Assembly: GCA_021432655.1 (NCBI GenBank)
Contig: MU271431.1
Span: forward strand, 33,823 to 66,553
Source: Atractiella rhizophila
Lineage: Eukaryota
Direction of reading: 5' to 3'
Length of the DNA stretch: 32,731 nucleotides
Below the pieces are notes generated by a model that ran no database searches, was not told the origin of the DNA, and was given only the letters and a program-made list of their open reading frames with translations. The translations under genes and the position numbers were made by a program. Below, in pieces: positions 24,860-32,731 of the stretch; the stretch's first letter is position 1, and each line of letters opens with the position of its first letter.

Positions 24860-24947
24860 AATCCCGAAAGTGGCAGTGGTAGTTCTGCCCACTGCCCAGG
24901 CCCTGCCTGCCGTAAAAACCGGTGGGCAGGGCATAGGGTTGGTATTA

Positions 24948-25192
24948 NNNNNNNNNNNNNNNNNNNNNNNNNNNNNNNNNNNNNNNNNNNNNNNNNNNNN
25001 NNNNNNNNNNNNNNNNNNNNNNNNNNNNNNNNNNNNNNNNNNNNNNNNNNNNNNNNNNNNNNNNNNNNNNNNNNNNNNNNNNNNNNNNNNNNNNNNNNNN
25101 NNNNNNNNNNNNNNNNNNNNNNNNNNNNNNNNNNNNNNNNNNNNNNNNNNNNNNNNNNNNNNNNNNNNNNNNNNNNNNNNNNNNNNNNNNNN
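24948..25192. other. Assembly gap (245 N)
   Basis: Run of N. Confidence 1.
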
Positions 25193-26575
25193 CCTTTTCT
25201 TGGTGTCCCTACATTTCAGGACAAACGCTACATCGACGCGATAATCGTACCGATTACCGGCTGGAGAAGTCTCCCTAGTGATCCCTGCAATATGGTGTAA
25301 GTCGACGACCTCTGGTGACGAGCATACGTCGCAGGAAGCAGTAGTTGCGAGAGTCATGCGTAGCTCTATTCATAACCTTCCACGGGAAGTACTGCCAGTT
25401 TCTTATTCGGATACGTCCGCTCCCGTTCGATGAGTGACTCTAACCTACACCCGAAACTTCCCACAAGCGGGAACAGGAAGAGGGCAGCATAGCTCTTTAG
25501 CTTTAGTAAGTCGGTAGGCTGTCGACCTCGTAAGGGCAGTAGTGACAAGCAGACCTTGCGCGCTTATTTCTACAACCGTATCCTTTGTAGCGCTACCTAT
25601 TCCAGCACTAGCAAATTGTACCGATTAAGACTGTTGTTTAGTTCCGTTCGGGGTTTTGCTTTTCTCTCGTGCGTGCGCAGTTCTGTGGAAACTTGCGCAG
25701 CTCGTGTAGCAGTTCTGAAAGTCGACTTCTTTCTCCCTCCGGCCGGCATCTTAACATCTACTCCTGCCCTTAATCCAGTCAGAGGTACTGGAGGCTTTGT
25801 AGCGGCGGTAAGGTCTCACGTAAAACCTGTCCTAAAAAGACCAACTTTCTAATCCGACTCTTTCTTACTCTACTCCTCGCACAGCTTCGGTAAGGTTTAG
25901 GCAGCGTAGACGACCGCTAGGTAGCTCGAAAGCTCCGCCAACCAGGAAGGTTTCGAGGGAGGTTGGTAACTTGACGAAATGCACGAGGAGGTTGGAAAAG
26001 TTGTGCAGGAGGCAGTCGGTATGTACGAATTACTGTGGTATGGGTGGAGGAAGGTCGAGCGTGTAGGTTTGAACACAAGGAGATGGTCGTTATCTCATAC
26101 TTGCTTTTTCTTAAAGGTCCTGGGTCAACCCGAATTTGAGCCTTGAGAACGGCTGTTGTAGGGTAGGGAAGTTTGTAGGCAAAGAGGAAGTTGCGGAAGT
26201 CATGCGTAGCTCTGTCCTTATCCTTCCAGGGGACTTACTTCCCAGTTTCTTGTTTGTAGGTCCCGCTCCCGTTCGACGAGTGCCTTTCACCTACACCGAA
26301 ACTTCGTACAAACGGGGACAAGAAGAGCGCAGCATAGCTATTCAGCTTTAGTAAGTCGGTGGGCTGTCGACCTCGTAAGGGCAGTAGTGACAAGCAGACC
26401 TTGAGCGCTTATTTCTACAACCGTATCCTTTGTAGAGCTACCTATTTCAGCACTAGCAAGGTGTACCGATTAAGACAATTGTGCAGTTCCGTTCGGGTTT
26501 TTGTTGTTCTTTCAGGCATGCGCAGTTCTGTGGAAACTTGCGCAGCTCGTGTAGCAGTTCTGCAAATCGAGTGCA
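25193..26575. pseudogene. 3' part of kinase copy 3, mirrored, internally duplicated and deleted
   Basis: Backwards read aligns to ~7372-7760 (26570 to 26183), then ~6915-7784 (26182 to 25316), then ~8480-8600 (25315 to 25193). Most of exon 4 is missing; one-base deletion near 25822. Confidence 0.9.
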
Positions 26576-27164
26576 CATGCAGCCTTGCACACATCGCCTG
26601 TATTCAATTGCATTTTGCAGAAATACAGTCTTATTTTGAATTTTGGCCCAGCACGCAAGCTGCCTCATTAACATTCCCTCACAAGCACCTTAAGTTAGAC
26701 GGGTTACTTAGAATACGTCGTGTACCCTCAGTCCCACTTAGGAAACCACACTAACTCCACAAAGTGGCAGGAGAGAAAGGTACGACAGAAGCCTAATAGA
26801 TGAGATAACAATATTGCCCAACCTCCCCCAGGATGGAGAATTGAATTGCGACGATGTCTGGTCAGTTATTTCAGTGCCAATGAGCCTAAGTCGTTATTCG
26901 TATGCGCCTCAAGAAACATAACAGACAACTCGTGCTTAAATGCACGACATGTTGGTTGGAACGGTACAATTGAAGATTCCACAAAAATCTAGCTGAAAGT
27001 GTACGATAAGAAGAATGACCAGACTTGCAAAGAGGACGAAAACAGAAGCCTGAGTAAAGTCATTAGTAATCCTATTGCTAGCAAATGCACATGCAACAAA
27101 GAAACCAAGGATTTGCAGAAGAAAGACGAACAAAACTAAATAAGCATAACAAATGATGAACTTC

Positions 27165-30100
27165 TCAGATGACCCCCATGACAATTGTGCACCTCAGGGA
27201 ATCCCACTTCCCACCTGCACAACATCAGCATTGGATATTCGGGTCGTCTCACTTACCGGCACCGGCACCGAGGTATTCTTCACTTCTCAAGCTTGTGCTC
27301 TTCCATCCCCAGCTTTGTGAAACAGCGAATGAATCGGGACCAGACGCAAACTTGGTGAGTGCCGTGCCTCCATTTCCTGTCAGTCGACAAAGACAACACA
27401 GAGAAGAAAGACCATACCCAATAAGTTCTGGCAGTTGATGCTGAAGTAAGTTTGGATGGCTTTCCTTCTGTCGACATAGGGAACCACGATTGCAGCTCGA
27501 GGTGGATGGAGGTCGTCACCCAAAAGTGGTGGCTCTTCTGTCGATGGGGAATCCAGTGCGACTGAGATGTCAGGGGAGCTGGCACTTGGAGGTCGTGAAG
27601 CTGGCGGCGGAGGGTCCGTCATGGTTTGGCGATGGAGATATACCTATTCAGACCGTGAGGAACGGATATAAGGGAGAAGGAAAGCGAACACCAAGCTGCA
27701 GTTGCTTCTTTCGAACGATTTGAAGGTAGGCATTGAACAAGCTTCCAGCGTATACGAAAGTTTGCGAATAAAGTCTCTGTTTCTCCTTTAGCTCGCTTAC
27801 ACCCCAGAACTCCACAGAGAATCGGCATGGCTCATACGCGGTCGCCTTCCTTCCTTCGAGTTCTTCGAACTGTGTGGTCAATAAAGATGAACGAATGGCG
27901 GTCGATAAGGAGAAGAAGCGATCGGCGCCAGGGGGAAGGGACATCGGGGATGAGGAATGCCGACGAGGGTGTGACGGCGGGAGAGGAAGGGAGAAGTCAG
28001 ACAGCCTGCGTTATCATTAGTACAGCCAGCTCCGACGCGGAAGGCACATACCGTAAGGTTGAATCCACAGGCACCATGAACCACTTCGAAACGTCTTTAT
28101 CTCCAAGGTCGCTCTCCTTCGAAACCAGCTTTTTCGAAATACCCAACTCATCCTCTCCATCCTTCTCTGGTTGTCCATCGTCGAATCGAGCAGCGAATGC
28201 ATTTGGGGCGATTGGAATCTTTGCCTTGAACTCTTCGGCCATCCATAGAGCCTTCCGCAGGACTTCCTTATCAACGTACGGTTGGCCAGTTATAGGACAC
28301 ATGTCTTTGCCGATTTTCTCCAATTGAAGAAACGTCAAGTGCGAGTAATAGATCCCATCTGCGAACAGAGCTTTGAATTCTCGCTCCTCATCTTCGTCTG
28401 CAAGCAAATCCGTCCCGTCTACAGAATCAATGCCTCGAGACTTTTCCCCATCGACAGATGAGGACATATCCATCGACGCAAGAGATTCAGCCAAACGATC
28501 TTCCGCGACACCTAATTGCCTATCTTTCCGACGAAGGTCGACCACTCTCTTTGCTACAGAATATCGATCGAATTCGCCACCACCTGCCATGTTGCTTGTG
28601 GAAGTGTCAGCACCGAGGTTACTCATGAAGAAGGCGTCGCTGCTGATAATACCGCGAATCCAGCTAGCGGGAACCCCTCCGCTCCTCCAAACTCTGAGGT
28701 CAGGGCGCTTCAGACACTGCCATCGCGCGTAGACAGGATGTGTGAGGTATTGATGGAGGTTTCGCGTGGTTCGCACTTGATTGAGGCGCGATAGCGGATC
28801 TTGAAGCTGCTCTTCGATCGGAAGGATGTCGCTGCCCCATTTTGCCAACCAGCACGCGCACGATTCTCCCACCCTTTCTTGAATTGGGCCGTAAAAGAAA
28901 TCGCCAGCTCCGGAAGAGATGGACGCGGTAGGATCGAGAACGTTGTTGGGAAGCCAACTACCGACTCCTTCAAGGCCACGGCATCCTGATTCTCTTTCTT
29001 CTTTCCCCGACCAGCCTGTAACCCCTTGGCCAAGCGAGAACCTGAGATAAGTGAGGATAGTGAAAGGGGTGATGCTGTTCTGTATCATAGCCATCACGCT
29101 CTGGACCAGAGGCGGTATCGAGAGGTAAGTCGCGGTAGCGAGAAGAGAAAGGAGGAACTGAGGAGTCGCGGGATGAGGACCTGATCCGTCAGGTTGCACC
29201 CATTCGTCCAGGGTAAGCAACTCATCGTGCTCGGAATCCCTGACATCTGCCAATGCATGAAAAGCCGGTCCAAGCGGTGTTCCAGCGAGTGGTTGAGTCC
29301 TAGCCCAATAGGGGAGCAACAACGAGGGAGGATGACCATAAAGGTGTCCGAGACAGTACTCGAACGCCGCGCGTGTGATTTGATGACTGGCCGGACCTTC
29401 GAAGTGGAGGGTGAGGAAGGACGAGTCGTCTTCTGGGACGTTGGGATGGACGGACGCCTTGGAGGAGGTGGCTGAAGAGTTGGAAGAGACTGATGAAGCT
29501 CGAGAGCGCGTCCGCGGCTTTGCCTTTGCCTTTCACGTCAGCGCGAGATCGAAATCCTGGTTGGCGACCGCGCGCTCCTGATTCTCTCCACCGCCTTGTA
29601 GCATGCTCGCGAAGAATTCGGATTGTCCAAGCACAAGACGATGCACCCTGTTCACACAAATATACTCACGTCAGACGTCTGCCTCATAAGTGAGAGGGAT
29701 ATCATCCATCATGACACCGGTTTAAAGCTGGTGAACTGCCACGACATTCGTGACCTCGAGTCTGCACGATACTTGTGCGGACAGAACACTGGAGGTCAAA
29801 GTAGATACATAGAGTCGCGCCAGCCCTGTGATCTGTATTTAGAATGAGAAAAAGGACAGATATAATCGCATATACAACATACAGGGCACCAGTAGCGCTT
29901 TAGACTCTCGAAAGAAATCGAGAAGCGAAATCACAAAGAACATCGTGAAAATTCACGAGAATCAAATCCAACTCGCACTTTATGGGACATCGCTTACTCC
30001 AAGACGCCATATAAATCCAAATCTTTTTCAGCGAAGTAGAACAGATCCAAATCTATCTCTGCCCCGAATCACTCAACGCTGTGCCCACTGCGTTGTGTAC

Positions 30101-31315
30101 CTGAGGTCCAGCGCGGTGAAACGGCGCGACGCGTCAACAATCCACGATCACGCTTTCCTTCTCCGCGCAGACAGAAAGGTATGAACGGGGCAACCACTTT
30201 GAAAAATCACTCATTACTTTGCCTTCCATTTCCATGTCCATTTGACTAAGGTCGCTTTGACGCGCCATTCGGTCCCAGTCCACTCTTCGAACTTTGGGTC
30301 AAGTGGCTGAACTCGTTCTCCAGCTCAAACGCGCCAGAACCGATCTCACATCCCCAAACCCAACATTCCACACAACCCCAATCCCAAAACAAGGCTCTCT
30401 CAATTTCGCACCAAAGAAATACAGAGAACTAGAGGAGAGAGTGTGAAGGAACAGGAAGACGAACCGATATCCCCTCCCCCACGGCCACACTCTAACCTCC
30501 AAATCGCTCATCCCTCCCTTCAGCAAGCCCTGCTCATAAAGATAGCTCGAAAGTCCGCCTCCTGCTCCTCCTAATCCTCCCAAAAGGCCGAATCCACTCC
30601 CTCCCATACCCATGCCCATGCCCATACTGGCGCCGTCGAACACACGACTGCCACCGAACGCGCCAGTCCCGAGAGAAGGGTGTTGTGGGGAAGGGTCGGA
30701 GGGAGGGAGGGGGAGAGGGACGTGTAGACCCGTTCCTGCGCTTGGGCTTGGGGTGGTGGGCGTGAGACCGAGCGCGCTACCTAGGTGGAGGGGACGCTGC
30801 GTTGAGAGTGTAGGGTTGGGCTGAGCGTTCGTATTATTGTTATTACTACTAATAATGGCGCTGGTGGTGCTAGTGGCGGTGGCGGGAGTGGTGGTGGCAG
30901 TAGAGGTCGAAGGAAGGACGGCAGACGGGGTGGAGGCGGACGCGCCGTGTCGCGTGAGGTTGGAGGTGGACGACGAAGCTTGAGCGCCAGCGGTGCGCGG
31001 TCTCGAAGCACTCGAGGGGAGAGGCGCGACCGTCCTCGGCCTACTTGGCGTGCTCGCTCCTCCTCCTCCTCCTCCACTTGCAGGCGTGTGACCCGAAGAA
31101 GGTGCCACGGCCGGAGCAGGCCGCGGACTGCCCCCGGTGTGGGTGAGAGAGGATACGACGGCGTGCACCGGTGTGGAGGTGCCGCGGGGCCGTGTGGGCG
31201 GGGGAGAGGACGGCGGAGAGGGAGGAGAGGAGGAGGGAGGGGAGAAGGAGAGCTGCCGGGAGGCTGGATCCCAGAAGAGGGAGAGCTCGGTGGGCGGGTG
31301 TTTTGGTTTGGCCAT
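27165..31315 (-). CDS. BTB/POZ-domain protein (fungal Btb2/germ-cell-less-like type); exons 31315-30465, 29647-28052, 28005-27690, 27643-27418, 27376-27257, 27214-27165
   Basis: GT-AG introns join LYEQGLLKGGMSDLEVRVW..GYR|VHRLVLGQSEFF..ITRAAFEYCLGHLYG (BTB) to the conserved C-terminus PCRFSVEF..YAGSLFNAYLQ..LG|VYLHRQ..PYVDRR..YFSI..SGPDSFAVSQSWGWKS..LRCTIVMGVI*. One in-frame TGA at 29533-29535 needs explaining. Long Pro/Ser/Gly-rich N-terminus. Confidence 0.85.
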
Positions 31316-32348
31316 TGTGGATATAGATACGGAGAACCCTTTATCGATATCCTTTGCGCTGAGAAGGAGTATAGTACTGAGTGATTACCTACCCAAGCCT
31401 TCTCTCCCTAACAGGCTGCCTTGCCTAGCTCTTCGTCTACGTGAGAGCGATCACTTCGCTGATCAGCAATCGAATCCGTCCGATTAGAGACGCAGCAAGG
31501 AGACTCGGAGGAAGAGTTGTGATACTGTAGGGGACCAAGAAGGAAGATGTTACCCACCGGCAACTCGTCGGCAGCAATCTGAGATCCGTGCGGCTCTTCT
31601 TTCAGTCTTCTCGAAACATACCCACTCCCAATCGAAACAACATAATGTGAGAAAAGTTGAACTTGAAGCAAGGTATGCATGTCCTGGGATGAAGTTGGAA
31701 ATGGGATTATTGCATTCAATATTGGATAGGTCGCTGGTCAGTTCAGGTGAGAACGGTGAATGAAGGATGATTTCGATGATAATTGACAGTATTGGAGGCG
31801 CTTTCTGAATCAAATCAGGCAGAGGGTAAAATGGCGCTAGATGTATATCGTCTTCATGTTATAATTTTGACATGAGATGCGGTCCTTTTGAGAAAGTATT
31901 TTGAATGAAGGTTTGAGTGAAGGGTGACTGCTATCTAGTAATGAGGATATGCTTGATATAACTTATGTCCAGGTTGCGTGTTTATGCTATAAATGGAGAG
32001 GACGAATCTATGTGCATTTTCTCTCACCTTCCAGAAATTCAAAAGATTCAAGCGAGACATTGCGATGGATGAACTGGTCCTGGAATATTTCTCTTGTTAT
32101 CAGATTTTTCAGGTTTGTCAAAGTTGTTCCTGGCATGCCATCGATCAGTCGTGTCAGTCGTGTCAATCCATCTGAGTCTATCCATCCACACATCCTGCCC
32201 TTAATGAATGTTGCAAAACGCGATGAAATTGGGTCAACAAGCACAACGAGCTAGGTGCTTTGTGTATCTGCCATGAAGGCAAGGCGTAGACAACGAGTTT
32301 TACGACTCTCGCTATCCTCCAAACCATCATCCACAACAACACCGTCGC

Positions 32349-32692
32349 TTAACCGCAGCAAGATCCAACGATGCAGCTGTATCATCACCATCCATCGACC
32401 ATCAAAAGTCAGTTCAAACTCTTCTTCTCCTCCAGCTCTTCTCAAGCTCCACCAAGTGAACGAGTGCTGTCGACTTACCAAGTGTAAGGCAGTTCCCTGC
32501 CGCCACCAGAAAGAAGTCAATACAGCATCCTTCCAATCAAGAAAAGAAAGAGAGAAGATCTCACCCGCAGCACGAACGAGGATTCAACAGTCTTGCAGCT
32601 TCTTCAGGCGACAGGATCGGCTCCGGAGTGGGAGAGGAGAGCGCGATGGAGGCGAAGAGGGAGAGGAAGGCGACGGGGAGGGCGAGTTTCAT
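32349..32692 (-). CDS. Small secreted cysteine-rich prepropeptide, 57 aa; exons 32692-32565, 32496-32479, 32376-32349
   Basis: MKLALPVAFLSLFASIALSSPTPEPILSPEEAARLLNPR-SCCGELPYTCCIVGSCCG*. Hydrophobic signal peptide; introns GTGAGA..TTGAC..CAG (68 nt) and GTAAGT..CTGAC..CAG (102 nt) splice in frame to TAA. Confidence 0.85.
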
Positions 32693-32731
32693 TCCTGTGA
32701 TTGGGATCAGGAGAAAGGTCGATCCTCTCTT

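Larger units (their letters stand above)
22557..24947. mobile_element. Non-autonomous hAT-type DNA transposon; right end lies in the mirrored block
   Basis: Left TIR TAGGGCTTTGCACCGTC at 22557, preceded by ACTTTGGA. Reading 24947 back to 24861 gives ...GACGGTGAAAGCCCTA (matching TIR), followed after the nested MITE by ACTTTGGA (24393 back to 24386), an 8-bp TSD. Subterminal CCCGTC/GACGGG motifs at both ends. Confidence 0.88.

Noticed and set aside
79..26570. Long direct repeats (826-1690 versus 25316-26570) as termini of a ~25-kb giant mobile element
   Set aside because: They are mirrored kinase paralogs, with no TSD and no intact terminal recombinase or transposase.
29665..29715. Box C/D-like motifs (ATGATG..CTGA) near the end of the long BTB intron
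   Set aside because: The CTGAC is positioned as the intron branch point and box C is imperfect; an Rfam scan is needed.
32251..32520. 89-aa minus-strand ORF from the track
   Set aside because: It runs through introns and the 3' UTR of the cysteine-rich peptide gene; the spliced model is more coherent.

Overview
Eukaryotic fungal DNA, most likely a basidiomycete (41-68 nt introns, FunK1 kinase, KGKGKA-type low-complexity protein). It holds three recognisable host genes: an intact four-exon FunK1-family kinase (5876-8469,+), a six-exon BTB/POZ protein (27165-31315,-), and a three-exon 57-aa secreted prepropeptide (32349-32692,-) missed by the ORF track, whose predicted mature 18-mer SCCGELPYTCCIVGSCCG has three vicinal Cys-Cys pairs. 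Between them is a CpG-eroded transposon graveyard: a tyrosine-recombinase retrotransposon, a CACTA transposase, three related solo LTRs, a non-autonomous hAT element and a Harbinger MITE. The most striking structural signal is that three blocks (1-2295, ~24100-24947, 25193-~26575) are written backwards without complementation. Read right-to-left on the same strand, they give two more kinase paralogs and restore the hAT and MITE termini and target-site duplications exactly. Because they lie at the window start and either side of the N-gap, an assembly/processing artefact is by far the most likely cause, and ORFs called there are spurious. After correction the locus is a three-copy kinase array in which a kinase(+)/BTB(-) pair appears twice.
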